NCBI GenBank assembly: GCA_030141605.1
Contig: JAQGDQ010000087.1
Location: forward strand, 558,001-622,000
DNA from: Tubiluchus corallicola
Taxonomy: Eukaryota > Animalia > Priapulida
Direction: 5' to 3'
Length of the DNA: 64,000 bases
In this document: in pieces, positions 14,401 through 31,000 of the stretch
Numbering within the stretch: the stretch's first letter is position 1
Layout of the letters: the number at the start of each line of letters is the position of its first letter
Notes under the pieces: model-generated
Database searches by the model: none
Told to the model about the DNA's origin: nothing
Seen by the model: only the letters and a program-made list of their open reading frames with translations
Made by a program: the position numbers and the translations under genes

Positions 14401-15989
14401 TACAACCTCAGTTTATTTTATTCTTGACAAAACACACACTGCTATTTCTATGCACATTTTGCTTTATGACTTAACTTTGCAATTCAGATATAATTTCACT
14501 TAATTGCCCATAACTTACTTGAGATTAGTTCTTCGAATGAATCCTCCATCTTCACTTACTCTATGACTCGTTAACGCCTCGTTAAGAAACTGCTCAATTA
14601 AACTGACGTATCTAATGTTAAACATCTAAAAACAAACAAGGTAAATTTTAAATGACTCTAAGATAAAGAACTCACTGTTGTGTCGTTATGTATTCAGTAA
14701 GTTATTCATGCATAAGCTTTAAATGCAATTTGGTTCATATAATATGTTGGTTTGATAACTTTTTATTGTGTTAATCACTGGCAAACCGGATCTATCTTAA
14801 ACTATAGTCTAAAACATTCTACCTTACAAAATATTAAAATGGAACACACATTTTTTTTCAAGAATGACTTATATGAAATAATTATTACCAAAAAACCTAA
14901 TTTTGTATTCGTGCAGTTAGTTCTTCGCTGCAACATGCATTTCGCCATTTGCTAGTTGGATCGGCACTAGCGCCTGCACCTTGGAAATGCATTGCAACAG
15001 ACACTGTACCTCTCGTTCAGAGGTGTGACATAGTGCACACGTTTGAGAAGCTCACGAGTGAGCACAGAGGTAAACTCCCAATTTAAATTTTTTCAATTTA
15101 AAATTTGTTGAGTTTTTGTGTATAACACTGAAAGTTGTACGGTAGCAAACACGTGCAACACACTGGTGGAATGACTGTGCTGCTGAAAAATATGTTCAAT
15201 TGTGAGGTCAACACTAATCCGGCTCAGCAGCCATTAATCAAGTTTTTAATTTATTATTTAATTATTAAAAATGCTTTGGCACTATTGTAGCTGTTAAATT
15301 CTATACTTTTCATTGTACTTAAAAGATGGGGTAGGATATGAAAAATCATCCTATTTTCCTTTAAATACCTTATTCCACTTGGAGAGTTCATGACCTGCAA
15401 ACTGAGTTTCACTGAGGTATTTGAAGCCTGCAGGAATGGACAGAAAACGAACCATCATCATGTTACCCTTGTCTCCCAGGTGTAGCAATGATGGCTTCAT
15501 GCGTACCATGGCCTTGAGATTCTCCTGTAGAAACAAATTAACAAATACAATATGTAAGCTTGCCTAACTAGAGCTTTTTTATATCGAAATGGTACTAATA
15601 TGTATTAAATTATTCTAGTTAAAAATTAATTTCACGGATATAGCATGGAAGAGCAGAAAACCAATTCAATTGGTCGGATACGTTGCATCAATTATAATTC
15701 TATTATAAAAATGTTTTTGCAAATTTTGTAAGACTGCAGGAAAAGTACACCATACGAGATTTGTTATTCACATTGTAGAAAAGTTTGGTAGTCGTGGGAT
15801 TGGGGTTAATTTGCAATAGGTAATGCTAACCAGCCAATCAGCATCTGAAGCCAGGTGCATTCCACAATACTGTACTGTATAGTACATTCCCACGCAAATT
15901 GTTTGCTGATGGTTGGTGAAACGTACGTTTAGTCACTTGTTATGCATTCCGCCGCCGCCGCCACCACCACCACCACCACTACTATTGTA

Positions 15990-16027
<38 letters not shown>

Positions 16028-19000
16028 AAATTACCAAGCATCTCAACAGTCAAACAGCAGAGTCACTATACACTTTACAATTTTTACCATTTTTTTAAAT
16101 CAAAAAATGCAAAAATTCAAAAACAGGTACAAATAAGTAAACCTTTTTGAGGATTGTTTTAACAAAATCAGATTTGAAAAGAACTACTTCACTGATTTCT
16201 AAATGCGCAACACCTTCTTCAAAAAATACAAACCAACGAAACATGCAGTTTCAATATCAGCATACATTTTGAGAGAAGCCTAATTCTGATTAACCGCAAG
16301 GTTTCAAATTCTTGTGAACTTACAAGGATTACAAGGCCAGTGCAAAGCCGACTTAATAGGGTGTCGACGATCAATTCACAGGTCAAAAATTTAGCAGCGA
16401 GAATCTCTCACAGTTGGTGAATAAAGAAAAGAAGGGAAAAGAGTCTCCCAATAACGAAGGGTTTTGTTTTGTTGAAAAACTATGTTACTAAAATGGATCA
16501 CTACTGTTAACTGTACATAAGCGTAAGCTTGAAGTTGCAAACCAAATGTATAGATTACCAAGGCTAATTATACTAATCATATGCAAAAAGAGTTAAAAAA
16601 CTTACAACATCTTCGCAAGCTTCGTCTATAACATCTAACGCAGCCAGAGCAACTTGCTTTGACTTGTCGTACAACTGTTGGACTAGAAGCTCCATAGCCC
16701 AGCTATGAAACTTATCCACTTGAGCTCGTAGTAATACCCTGAGATGATGTGTAGCATACATACGTGACGACTACAAGGACCAAAATAAATTAATACAATC
16801 TACAATGAAAATGAAAAATATTGAGTCTAAAAATTAAACATAATTTATTAATCAGCTCTTGCAGCAAAAGAAAAAAAGAATAAATATTATTTTTGCTTTC
16901 AGCTTTTGTCGCGATCAACCTACGGATTAAAACAATTTTTGAGGTAAATCTATCTTTCCAATATATTTTCTACTCATAAGGATGCATTCTCATACAATAT
17001 TTTAGGCTTACCAGCTGACGTATATGTATGACAATGTTTTCCTCTGCACACACTGGCTCTTCTCAAAATATTTCTAGAGTTTTAAGTATCCATGTCTAAA
17101 ATTCTCTTGACCATTGGTCAACTTGGGAAAAAACACAATATAAATTTGCAATGTTGTGGTCTTCAATTTAACCTGCTACTGGTTATTGCAGCAGAAAATT
17201 TATGAAACACAACTTTGTTAAGGAAAAAATGTCGCAGAAAGAAAAAAGGCGTCGACACTTACCTCGTTCCCTGCCGTGAGTATTTTTTTGAGAATTGTTC
17301 TTGCTGCGCCTTGTCTACAATAGTTTAAGCTTGTCACGATTAACTTGATGTACGTATCATTTGTTGTTATACTGACTAGGTCAAGTAAGCTGAAATTCAA
17401 CAGAATTTACAGTTTAAATTTTTGTAAATTTTAATTTGCTAGCGTAATGATGGATGACAGGCAGTGATCTGTTTGAGGATTTAGTTCATTGCTGTCATCC
17501 ACGGTACACAGTGGTAGGCACAACCTTCGTATTGATTATAGGTATACAATTTTACTGTTTACATTTACTCAAGTATAAATGTATATATTTATTTTTGTTC
17601 CTAATTAAATAATAAATAAATATGCTTTATGAACCTTGCGTTCAAAACAAAAATAACTCTCCAACTACTTATAGTTTTTTAGTTATTAAAAAGAGTATAT
17701 CGTAAGAGAACTAACGTAAATTTTTGAAAATTAATCAGTTTCTTATTAATACCAATGTAAGCTTTCACTACAAATATCGTTTATAATATTCGCAATGTTT
17801 ATGTTGTAATGATGGCTAAAACTTGAGAATTGTAAGTGTTGGCATACCTCTGAAATACCCCAGCTTTCTGCAACGTTGCTTCCCCGCGTGAAGCATACTG
17901 CGTCTTGCAATACGAAATTCTCCCAATAAATAAAAAGTAATTCTGACTTAATGTAGTGAGAAGAGACTGAGGACTAAGTGTCAGGTTGCCTGGTACTCTC
18001 TCTTTAGCTATCTGAAATTACAAACAAGGTGTTAAGTAGCTGGCTAAAGCACGGTATTTTTTACAATACATACTCCCAGTGACACGGTAAAATAAGTGCC
18101 CAGAGCAATTTTTTACAACATTTAAAACTGCCCAATAATTATGATCTGGAAACTGAGAAATATAAGAAGTTAGAATGATATTACTGATAACATTACTGTT
18201 TAACAAGCAACTTAAAGCACATACTAAAACAACATTTGCTACACATAGAGTATTTACACAAAATTTATTAATTAGGGTACTGACCATTGTTTCTCAGCAA
18301 TTACTGTAACATAAGTGAATACCTCTTTTATGGAGTCGGCAATCTCCGACAAGAACTCATCCAACAATTTTTGGTATTCAGGCTAAAAAACAAAGTATCA
18401 ACATGAACAACATCACAAAATTACAAGATTTTTTTAGACCAAATATAAAACGAAAAATCCAAAAGGTGTTAATTTGCCTATTACAAAAAGTTCTTTAGTT
18501 TGAAGAAGAATATGTGCTTAGAGTAAATATTGGTAGAATTTATTTATAGTACTGAATTTTGGTTAATATCATTATAATACATGGTACTACTTATCATCAT
18601 TATGCTACATAATAAATGATTGTACATAAAAAAATGTAAGCACTTTAGTGATAAAATAAAAAAAACTGCTTAATGTAAAGTGAACTGTTACTTTTTACCC
18701 TTTAACATCATTTAAGTGGCTTACAAATTTTTATCTTCTCTAAAAATAATTTTGTCTTGGTAACTTTTCTCACAAATTTTCAACTTTTTTATTACATTCT
18801 GAACTTAATAAGCCTTTTCACACTACCAGCGATTGATGATGATCGTAAAAAGGTCAAAAGATTAAGACAACACATTTGTGCACACTTGACAATGCCTCGT
18901 AGCTCATGCTCTTGTAACAGTAACACTTTTAACACATGTTTTAACAGCTGTTTTTCTTGTTCCCAAGCAAGATTCTGCCACCAAATCACTCTACGCACAA

Positions 19001-22000
19001 TCTATGTAAAGTAAAATTGAAGTTACTGAACTGATGCAGCAGACGACTTTGACTGACCCAAACGTTACGTGGCAGTTGTAGTTAAGACGCGTTGCTGTGG
19101 TACACTTACAGCCTTTGACCTGCAGCAACTGAGCATGCGCACAACAAAACTGTGAAAAGGCTTACTGTAGCCCAAAAAGCTATAAATAAACAAGGCAGTA
19201 TAACAGAATGACAGATTCTCTCTACAGTCTATTATGAACTGTTTTTTTACATCATCACAATCTATTTCATTAACATATTTTTAGAGTACAGAAAAAATAG
19301 AGTCACACATTAAACTGACCCACCTCTTCGTGCTCCAGAAGAAAATCTATCAGGTAGCAGCCACAAGTAGTAAACATTGTTGTTCGTTCCTCATTCTGCT
19401 TCATTTCACAGTACAATCGACTCGACGGTCGGTAGAAATAAGTTACCCGTGTCATGAAACGATTGTTGTTAGCGGATTTATCCAAAGTTACCAAGGCATC
19501 TCCCGGCCACTAGAGAGAAATCAAGTAAATTGTTAAAAAATTCCATTAATTAATTATGACTGTCATCGCCAGAATTTTTATGGTTTATAATAATTCTGGG
19601 CAATCGCAGTAATAATTAATTAATGATATCGTTAGTTGCCAGCTAATCTGGGAAAGCATTGTTCAAAGATTGCAGTTCATAAATGTCTAAAGACGAATTT
19701 TTTGGAAATTCCTAGATGCAGAACAGCTACTTATAAATGCAGTTTCTTTGCACTTGCATTTTACTTGTGGATGTCCTTACCAAAAACTTGATACTTTGTT
19801 AAAGGAAAGAACAAGTCACCCAGTATGTTGGATTTATTTTACCGTTATCACTTAAACTTAGAAAATTATAACAACGAAATTTGCACAAAACTATCTATAA
19901 AGCATAAATTTAAAATATACTATCTATGAATAGAAATTTTCAGGCGTGGTCGTTGCCGCCATTCACTTGAAAATTATGATGTAACTGGGAGACTTTGAGA
20001 CTTTTCGAAAGCGCATCGTGGCTTTCCGTAAGCGTGGGCTGATTAAATTAATTCAAACTTTTGCAGTTTACCTAATATTCTCGCAAATATATTACAAAAT
20101 TATGCATCTAATTTTGTTGTAAGAACTTATAATACTTTTGACAAAGATTGACAGTGTGCTACTTTTCTTCAGTAAAAATGACATCATTGAAAGAATGGAC
20201 ATTGAAAATGGGAGCGCCCAAGGATAAAGTGATCGTGGCTTTAAAGTGATTTTACTAATTATACGAGGCGCTTATTGCAGTACTATTACTAAATCCTCCT
20301 AACATTTTTCGCAAACATTGAAATAAGTCTAACTTTCCAGAAGACTTTCCCTTTCCTTTAAGTAAACCTCCACTTGCTCCCAAAAACTTGAGTCTTTGTT
20401 AATTAAACCATCATTTGCTTTAAGAAAACCATCAACAAGTATCTAACGTTATTAACAAATTAGTTACAACAAATGCATATTTATGGAATTGTGTTTTTGT
20501 TTTCATTTTTTTGTTTTTGTTTTCATTTTTTACTCCGTAGCTGCTTATGTTTCCCTTACACTGACCGACCATTGATTTTGTTGCAGCAATATGTATGATT
20601 GCTACCTCTATATAATGCACCATAGCGGAAACCTGTAACAACATTATTCAGTCTATTACATTTTAAAGGAAAGCTAGACGATTATGTAGACATTAGTTCA
20701 AAATAAAGTATGCTCTAAAATATTGAAAACTACAAGAGCTTTTTTTAAATCAAAGCTTAGATTAAATAATAATTACCTCGGGTAGCTAAATTTCGTTAAA
20801 CTTTCAAAGTTACGTGCAGTTCAGTGAATCTAGTAAGACTGGCAATGGCACCTTTTTGTTACATTTGCGTGATCGACAAATAAGCGCAGTACTGTGATAA
20901 GCATGACCATGAACTGCCATGTTCGCCTGTGAAGTCAGTGTGATGTATAGCTCACTTTCCTGACATCACATCAGTATCTTATAGCAACCTTCTCTTACGC
21001 AATCGTGCTTGACACGCAGGGAAGATGCCTATCATTGCATCACATCTACAAACTATGGTTAGTTTGTGCTGTAAGCGATAGCTGTGGTTGGTTGCCATTA
21101 ATTAACTTTCCAAGGTACATACGATTGAGTCTAAACAATCGTCCAGTTTCCCTTTAAGTTAAAACTCCATGTAACATGCAAGTTTTACCTTTAACAGAGC
21201 AGCTATAGCATCCCAATCCCAATTTAAATTATCTTTTGTAACAAGAACTTGACTGTCTTTTAATGCCAGACTCAATGCTTCTTCTGATTCCTGTGTAATG
21301 TAATAAATAATAAATTTTCAGGAAACCACGTGCAGTTAGTTTATCGTAAATTTCTGATAACTGGACATAATCAATGTTTTCAGATATTGTTTCATTTCAT
21401 GAATGCTGTCACTTTATATTAGCAACATTCTTTCTACAAAAGTAAACTACAAAGTAAATTAGCAAACTACAAAACTAAATAAAGATTACTAGACAGATGG
21501 TAAATGAACACTTGATGTCCTTAGCAAAAACTTGTTTCTTTGTTAAGTAAACTTGATGTGTTCATAGGGTAAGAAAAAGAATTTTAAAATGACACAATAC
21601 ATCCCAAAATTTCACTTTAATGATTCCACGAGGGCAGACACATTTATTAACTTTTTAGTTGATGCATCAAGTTAATTGGAAACTGAAGAAGTTTTGTTAT
21701 GGCTGCCTTTATACTAGCCACAGCTTACATGTTTTTTTCAAATATGCCTACAACAAGGTTCAGTTGGCTGGAGATAACAATGATTTAATTTTCTTGAATC
21801 TATGTTCAAAATGCAAGCAGAGAAAACAGAAATATGCAAAATTTTTGTAAACAAAATAAAGGCCTAAGCAAAACAAAAACTGTATTATGTTTGCCTTACA
21901 CACTAACACTTTAGATTAAATAAGATAGTTACCTTAAGTCGACTAATTAAAGAATTGTGCTCAACTCTGTTTGACGAATCTAAAGCAGATAAAGTTCCAC

Positions 22001-25000
22001 GTCGACCCAACTTCAGAATTTGATCAAGAAACAGAGAACAAGGCACTGAATCACGTTTCCTCAGCTGATGGAGTTGATTTAAGTAACTAACAGCTTCCCG
22101 AGCTCGACTAAATCATAAAACGCATGAAATTACAGATAAAACAATACCCTGACAGAGACACAGACTGTTCTTGCTACTACTAGTTTCCTAGAGCTGTAAA
22201 TTTCTGTCATTTAAATCACTAAATGCTAATATAAACTGCAAACATCACCAAATTATGTTTAAATTCTAAAGCACAATGTATCTGTTCTATATTATTCTGC
22301 CTTGACGATTAAACTAATTCCGGTGATGATGACAGGCAAAATAGTAACTACTTTTTTATTAATATTGTACTATTACTCGTTAAATTCTAATTGCCAGACA
22401 CATTAAAAAATATAGTATAGTCTTATCACAGTGTTAGCTGCATTTTGACATAAATGTACTTAAATGGATTTTTGAACTTGCCAGTGAATAATCTTCGTTC
22501 TATGCAGAAACAGTTTAGCATAACACTACCAGCTAGTTAAATAAATAGCGTCTTTATCAAGATTGTTTTGCGTCTTTAGGTAATTTGTTTTTGTAAGATG
22601 CGCATTTTTAATGCAAAGTGATTACAGATATTTATTTTAAATATAATAAATTTATCATCATCATCATCATCATCATTATTATTTTATTATTATTATTGTT
22701 ATTGTTATTATTATTATTAGTATTAGTATTAGCACTTTATACTTACTGGCAAAAGATTCATTCTGTATAGAGGTAGGGCTATAAGTAGAACAAGGTTTTT
22801 TGAAAAAAGGAAGCAACATGGTTTTCAAAGAAGATTTGAAATAATGCCTTCCTGTTAAAATGTATTGCATAAACCGGAAACCCTTGCTAAAAAATTAAGG
22901 AGTCGAATTCTAATCGAACAGAATAGATCGGTTTTAAAACAAAATCAAATTAAAATCGAATTTGCCTAATTTATTCAACAGAAACTACTAGTAGCATTCT
23001 GTCATCTCACTTTTAACATATTTTTCATTAACACTGATGTCTCGGTCTCAAATTTTCAAGTTCAAAAATGCTGTTGACTATATATATGTTAGACAAGAAG
23101 TGAAAGAAAACAGTTTACACAAACTAACTCCAGGCAAAATCTATCTGAACAAACTCACTCCTCATAAGTGAACAAACTCAACATGAAGAAGCTACTCTTA
23201 TGAAATTTTGGGTTTTTTACCTTACAACCTAGATGTTACATTTTGAATCGAATTTGTTCGAGTATGGATATTTAACGCCCTGAACTACTAAGTGAAATCA
23301 ATTTAAAATTGAAACAAATTCTTATAAACAAACTTGCAAAAAGCACAAGCTGAGTTCATTTGGATTTACTTACATTCGAACAGCCGGACTTGTATTTGGT
23401 GTGGTTGCTAATGCTGCCAAAGTTGGTAGACATTGTGAATAAGGCGAGATTTCTAGCGGTACTAGTCTATTTCCCTAAAGGAAAAAATAGGTGATTAGGA
23501 ATGCACTATATTCAACAACAATTTGCAAACTTTAATGCATCACACAAACAAGCATCTTTTGATACAGTTTAAATTCATAAATAAACCAAATAAACTTACT
23601 AAGTACAGTAACTGTCCCAAGAGAACAGTTCCCTGAATTGAAACACAGTCTTCACTTGTTGTTATAATTTCCACTAAAGCCTGCAAAAATAATATCCTTA
23701 AGAAGAATTCAAAGTATTATGTTGCAATGTGCAAACTACATCACTGAAATGTTTTATTAGGATAGAAAAAAGTTTTGTGAGTCTGCGTATCATATCTAAC
23801 AAGGTCAACATATTAATGTTAAAGCAAATTTTTTTCTTAAATACACAAATGCATAACCTGCTGAGAACAGCAATAACATTTTACTATTATACTCAAAATT
23901 TTTAACAGTTTTAATACTTATTTAATGTTATCGGCAATATGCCAAATTTTCCTTCAACAAAAAATTTTAATAGAGCTAGTGAACTAGTGCAGACCGAGAA
24001 AAAAGTAATACCTATCGATAAAGTTACATACTTCAAATAAACCAGCTTGAACAAAGGCAGATATTAACAAGGCGAAGTAATTCTCCATGAGATTGACCCG
24101 TGTTGTGGCTCTGTGGGGTAAAAGGGACATGGCTTCCTCTACAACGAAGCCATCTGTAAGCTGCCACTTTTCACCAAATGATGCCAAATCTAAAACACAC
24201 ACACAATAGTTAGTTATTTCACAAGTAAAGCAGGAACTGACAAAGCACAAGTTTCTGGCAACCTTGTGATTTCATAATGTGACTGAGTACAATCATCAAT
24301 TAAGAAGCATTACTGGTAAGAACAAGATAGCTTACCTAAACTGGCTAATACTTTGGAAAAATTGTTAGACATTTCTGGCTTAGGGAGGTTGAACAATTCG
24401 AACACCATCTCCATGAAGTGTTTCTGGAAATTTAATCTCACATCAGTAAATTAAATTACATGTAACCTAATAACATCAACAACAAAAACAAGTCCTGACG
24501 GCCAGTACAGGGTAAGATGGTTGAGTCAAATGTATAACCAAAGAACACCAACATTTCAGCATGTCAAAATATGTAAAACAGCTTTGGTTTTTCTCAATTC
24601 AGCCAATAACAAGAGCCTGTCAGTTTCAGTTATCCATCTGCTTGACCTTTGACTTCTAACCAAGGCCAAAATTCCAATACAACATCACTTCTGCTACAAA
24701 ACTGCAGCAGCTCTTCATGAGTGATTTCTTCATCAGTCTGCATGCACTAGCTTGTTCAAGTTATTGAATTCTATGCTTTTAATAAACCACTAGCTACCTC
24801 TTAACCTTGTATCCGACACTGTTAACTACAGCAGCACACAATATTATCATCAAAAATCCACTTTCCAGATCAACAAAGACAGGAACACACACTTTACATT
24901 TTTGCCCAGTTAGTCCCATCTGCTTACCTGATGTAACTTGATTTCTCTATCTATATCTCTGTCATCCACACACTATCAAAAATCAAAAAGGAAAACAAAG

Positions 25001-28000
25001 AACATTTGAGGAAAGTGGCCTCTGCCTTGAGCAATCCACTCAATCTTGCCCAATATCCTCAAAACTTCTATTCACCTTTAACAATTGTAAAGATTACAAG
25101 TTTGGTTATCAAATTCCTTACAGTTCTGTTACATTTCGCAACTATTCCTCCTTCTCTTTACCAACAACCTGCTTTCAACCTCTCTGTGGCACTACACTTT
25201 TTTAAAGCAAAAAATCACATTCCACATTATATATACATATACTTTAAACGTATTATTCACAATAAACAAAAGAATTAATTAGCTCACTTCATTACAAGTA
25301 CATATCACTGTGCAGTTCAACGAGCAAGGTTTGTACTGCTAGGACACAATGTCTGGCATTTTGCAAAAAAGTAGCTATCAAATCATTCACTTCAATCACG
25401 TAACTTCTCCTACTTACTATGATAAACAGTAGCACTTACTCGAATATCAGCATAAGGCAGGTAGAGAATATTAATGACAGATGATATGCCGGTGCTGTTG
25501 GGCTGACAGAGTCGAATCATGCCCGGCCATGAACGTAGAGCTGCGATGATCGCCTGTTTACTGGCGTTAAATCTCAGTTCTTTTTCGTTGCTGCAAAGAA
25601 ACGTAGCCTAGTTGTTTATTTACAAGTTGTTAGCCTATTAGTTGCAGTAGCAACAAATGAGAATAGCAAAGAGATTGTTATCAAAATGCACAGTAACATA
25701 AAACTAGAAAATAAATTTTGGCATCTTCTGAATTGCAACTTTACCAAACTTGAAACTGGACTCAGGTTAAAAATTTACCAATCTGACATAAACGAAATGT
25801 CTTGTCTTCGGCAATAGGAACATTTTGGCTAAATGTAAAACGGCACTTACGCTGGTAAGCTTTGTTCAGATGCTTCGCCGCAATGTTTGTAATGGCAGTC
25901 TGTGAAAGGTGCTAATATTTGCTGAAATAACCAATTACAAATACATACAGAAATACACATATATTCCATAAATGACATCTATCACCAATGAGTTAATGAT
26001 TTTCAATGAACAGGCTGTTAAGAAGCAAATACTTTCTAAAATTATGGTTGTGTTAATCATCAAATTAGCACGTTTATGACAGTTATAAATGACTAGTATT
26101 TATTTATAAAATACGCTAATACCTATGTAGCTATTCTGAAGAAACTAGACAGTACTTTCTAGTTCAGTAAGTGCTGGTAGTGCTAAAGAAGTTCTTAGCT
26201 GTGAAGACAAAATGTCACGATTGATCAGAGTGAGTGTATATTTATCACACCCCTAAGATTTTTAATGTTTGCTCAACTCAATGTTTTGCAATCAGATACT
26301 AATGCACAAAACCATCACTAAGATGTACTGAGATGTAAACATTAAAGTCTGTATTCTGTCAACAGAGAAAAATTATCAGCTCACCTCAATATCTACATTG
26401 TGTCTGATAAGCTGACGAGTGCGAGGATGATTAAACAGGTATAACACTGTAGACATCATCGACTCATTCACCTGACAAGCGGAAAAGTCTAGAACATTTC
26501 GCATTATTGCACCAATACCTCCTACTCTAGCAACAAGCTCCGGGTTGTAAATTGCTGTAAAAGAAAAAGTGCCATGTTAAAGAGATTAAGAAATATACTA
26601 AAGGCTTAATCATAAATGAATGTAAATTATTACTGTCAAGACTTGGTAAGGAACAGCAAGCCGAGAGATCAGAATGTAATATGTAGGGAGCATCACAAAA
26701 AACTTTAAATGAATTTACCTAAAAACATAGACAATTTATACAGAAATGATTAAAATTTAAAATTACAAAAAAACTCTAGTAATTCAAAGCCCTACAGACT
26801 GTGAGGTTTCAAGATGCAGCTCATTTAGTTTATGCTTAAATCCTGTACTGATCATAGTACTACAGAAGCTTTAGTTCAAATTAATGTATAATATTACTGT
26901 ACTAGCCAAACTCTGCAAAAGAATTTTGTACATAAACCCACAACAATCACATAATCTCCCACCACACCCACAACAATGACACACAACTCACGCCACACAA
27001 CAAAGACACACAACTCACACCACACTACCCACACCACACAACAATGACACACAACTCACACCACACAACAATGACACACAACTCACGCCACATAACAATG
27101 ACACACAACTCACACCATACTACCCACACCACACAACTCACACCACACTACCCACACCACACAACAATGATGCACAACTCACACCACACTACCCACACCA
27201 CACCACTGTGGTGTGGCTTCTGTAATACCCACAGGTCAATGATCACAAGTACTCAGTTAATAAAGTATCAACATTCTTGCTTAGTAATAAAATGTTTATA
27301 GTCATACAAGTTACTTCTTGAACTGCAGACTGTATACTACTTAACCCTTGCCACTTGTGATTTTGCACAAGTCAACAATCGTATGTTTACATTCCAGGTG
27401 TGGTAAGTAAATAAGATTCGCTAGAATTGCTACTGTACCATTCTGTTAATACACATAATTAAAACATATCCGTCTCTCAAAACTAAAATACAGCAGCTAA
27501 ATGTACGTAAAACATGCAAGAAAAAAAGCACTAATTCTATTGAAAGTATTTGAAATTACTAAGTCTAATACAATCCTTTCTTGGTAAAATTAAAAAATTC
27601 AAGGAGAGATTCAGTAAAATATACCTGTGATAGAATGAATTCACAATTATTAAATTTTAGAACTAAGTTTTACGAAAAAGAAATGAAAAAGTCAGAGCAG
27701 AATCTGGATTCGAACCAGGAATCTTTAGGTTACACTGTATCTGGACTTTTGCCATCCAAAGATCCCGAGTTCAAATGCAATTTCAGATTTTTTTGCATTT
27801 CATTATTTCGAGCTAATTTGACTCAAAATTCAATAATCCGATAGAAGTACATTCACTCCCTAATTAATTAATAATCTCTTAATTAAGATCATAAATAATT
27901 AATTATTACTCACAGTGGACAAAGTTATACCCTAGGTCTCTACTCAGCTGTACACTTAAAGTAATTGGTGCACGATAAATCATGTGCCAAGCACAAAAAC

Positions 28001-31000
28001 ATTTTAAGTATTAGAAAAGGTGCCATTGTACCCTTAAACAAAGTGTATTATATATCAGTAAAGACACCCAATTTTTTTCCACACCAAAGTGATTTGACAG
28101 GAAAATTAGACTAAGCATTTATGGCTGCGGGAATAAAAGTAATTTACCAAAAAATATGAAACCATTACGAAAACTCATGCTGAACATGAAAAGGTAGAAA
28201 CTAAGGCTAGATATAACGTAATTACAAAGAGTAAAAAAACTGCAGATAGCTGAGTAATTTTTACTTGCTGCAGTCAATTCAACCACGGCAAAATTGGCAA
28301 TGTACATTTAAGTTTTACAAAGACTGGTGATAAAATATGCACCAAGAATCGCATATGACTTACCAAGTTCACATATTATTGAAAGACAACATTTGACTAA
28401 TCGATCGTGCTGGTTGGCACCATCATTGGCAATGGCTACAACAGGATTTAGCAGTGACTGAGGAAACAATGACGGATCAATGGATATCATCTTCCTAATC
28501 AAGCGCAGTATCTGGATTCGCTCCATCTCATTGTCCAAGACAATGTCTAGACACCTGAAATATTCAAAAGATGTTGCACTGGTTTATCTACATTAAACTG
28601 ATTGATCAGAAGCTGCATTTTACAGTCCTTTCAGTATGAGAACTGAGAGAAACTAAAGAAGCAAACAAACATACATAAGTCAGCTGTTTCCAGGGCATGC
28701 AAATACTTTACTATGTATCTTGACAGTTTTAAATTTTCATATTTTGTAACTGTTACACAGGCAAGTTATAGTTGTATAAAACAACAAAGCTTTACCTTTG
28801 TGCCAGTCTCATTTACTACGACAAAACAAACCCACCTGGCAACTAAAAGATCCACCTTGAGCCTAAGCAGCGTTTCCAGCCTGTGCTTGTCACGTATGTA
28901 GTACCGAATCGCTCTTAATGTTGCTGTCCTGACTTCTTTTGACTGGTGCAGTAAGCCTAACCTCAAACTAGTGCAAAAAGCACAAATTAACTCACATAAT
29001 ATGATCTGCAAACCTGCTTTTTAGTTTATAAACAAACATTCAGTTTATCATTACATTTTTACATATTTACATTTACAATGCTAAAGAGCAAAAAACATCA
29101 TAATACACTCTAACATCTCTAAAACTTTCATGTTTCTGTGTAAAAATTAAAAGGGCATTAGTGACCAAAAAAATTTGAAAACCAAAACTGCCAGGTTTGT
29201 AAAATTCAATAGTAACTATTCGTGAATCCTAATGAACTGTACTCACCAACACAGAACGTCTTCCCTGGAATAGCCAGCATATTGGTTACCCAAATGACAG
29301 CAGAGACGGACAAAGTTATTCAAATGAGCTAGTTTCAAGGTATTTCGCACTCCGTGCACTTTGGTTATATTTATAAGCATTTCCTTTAGATTGTCTGCTG
29401 GATCTGAAATGACAAAACAAGTCATTAAACTATCTGAATTTGAAAAGACTTTGGTGGCTTTCACAATGTTATAGTAATTCCGGAAGGAATTCAAGGAAAT
29501 GTTAATCCAAATATGCTCTTCCACTTCGGATTATTTTAGCAAAAATATTAAACTGAAGAGAGTTATTAAATGTTAACGAGCAGCTAACAAAGAGTATCAT
29601 ATCTAATCTGCAAAATGGCTTGATCTACATGAATTTATCTAGATCTGTTACTTTATGGTTGTAAAGTAAAAACAGCCTATAAAAAAGTTTGTTTTGCGGA
29701 GATGATCTTGTTGTTGTTGTTGTCATTCTTCAAGTAATACAAAAATTTGGCATTTCTTTACTAATCAGGCATATTCTAAATTATTTGGAAAAAAGGGATT
29801 CTATGACAAAGGTAAATAAAGTTTGAAATAACAGATCCAGGCAGCTGGGCAATCCATTTTGCTAAACCATGTACAGTTCACAAGCATGTGCGAGCATAAC
29901 GTACATGATTGAGTACAAGCATGCCTCCACAGTAGCAATGCTCCATAGAAAGATAATCAAACAACAATAACATAGTGAGACACAATGATTGATAAAAGCA
30001 AACAGGTTCAGAAATTGTTCACATACCTGTACAAGACATGTACAAACAGTTAAAAATGGAAAATTAGATGTCAAAATTTAGTTACTCTCTAATAAAATGT
30101 AATCTGTTTTCTATTATACATGTAACGTACAGTTATACCAAGTGTTAATTAAAAATGAATGCCAAAGAAAATTCTGTAAATCACAATCTATTATTATTAC
30201 TGATAAGCGTACTCCCCTTGCAAATCACTTAAAAACATTAAGGCAAAGACTGTAGCTTGAAACTGAACACTTTGCATGTTACTAATTACAATAAGATCGT
30301 GCTATAATTTAAATCATGCAACAACAAAATCTTTTCTGCTACCCCAGTGAAATCAATTTTTTAACTTTCCGTGTAACTATGATGAAGTGTTTATCAGCAA
30401 ACACTGCCAATAAGAAAAACAATTTTCCTAATTCGCATACACTAACATGTAAATACACTTGTTAGGACGCAATCCATCGATATTACTGTTATGCACCATA
30501 AAGCTGACAAACAAAATACCTCGAGTTAAATCCAGCTGTAGTTGCTCATCATCGCTATCTGTCCTTCCTAGAATAATAATTATTTAGTTTAAAATTACTC
30601 TTAGTAAGAATGTAAGCTCTATCACATTATATTATTTTATCATTTATTATATTTATCAGATCTATTTTTAGTTCATTTGTTCAGCTCCTTATGACATAGG
30701 CATACAGCCTATTTTGCTATTGCGAATACAAATAAAAAAAGTACAATTTCTTGGGCCAATCAAAATTAAAAAACAACTCTGGAATGCGATGTTGTGCTGC
30801 TATAAACCAACAAAAACCTCGATGTAAATTCCAGCGCATACCATATATTAGTTGCTGCTCATCCTGAATTTGTACATAACGTCTCTTTCGTTGAGACCTA
30901 GTTGCAGTTAAGGCACTTTGTGCTAATATACTTCGAGGTTTTACATCGTCCATTTTACACACAGCTGGCACAAGCTACACTTTCACTCTTGTCTAGAAGA

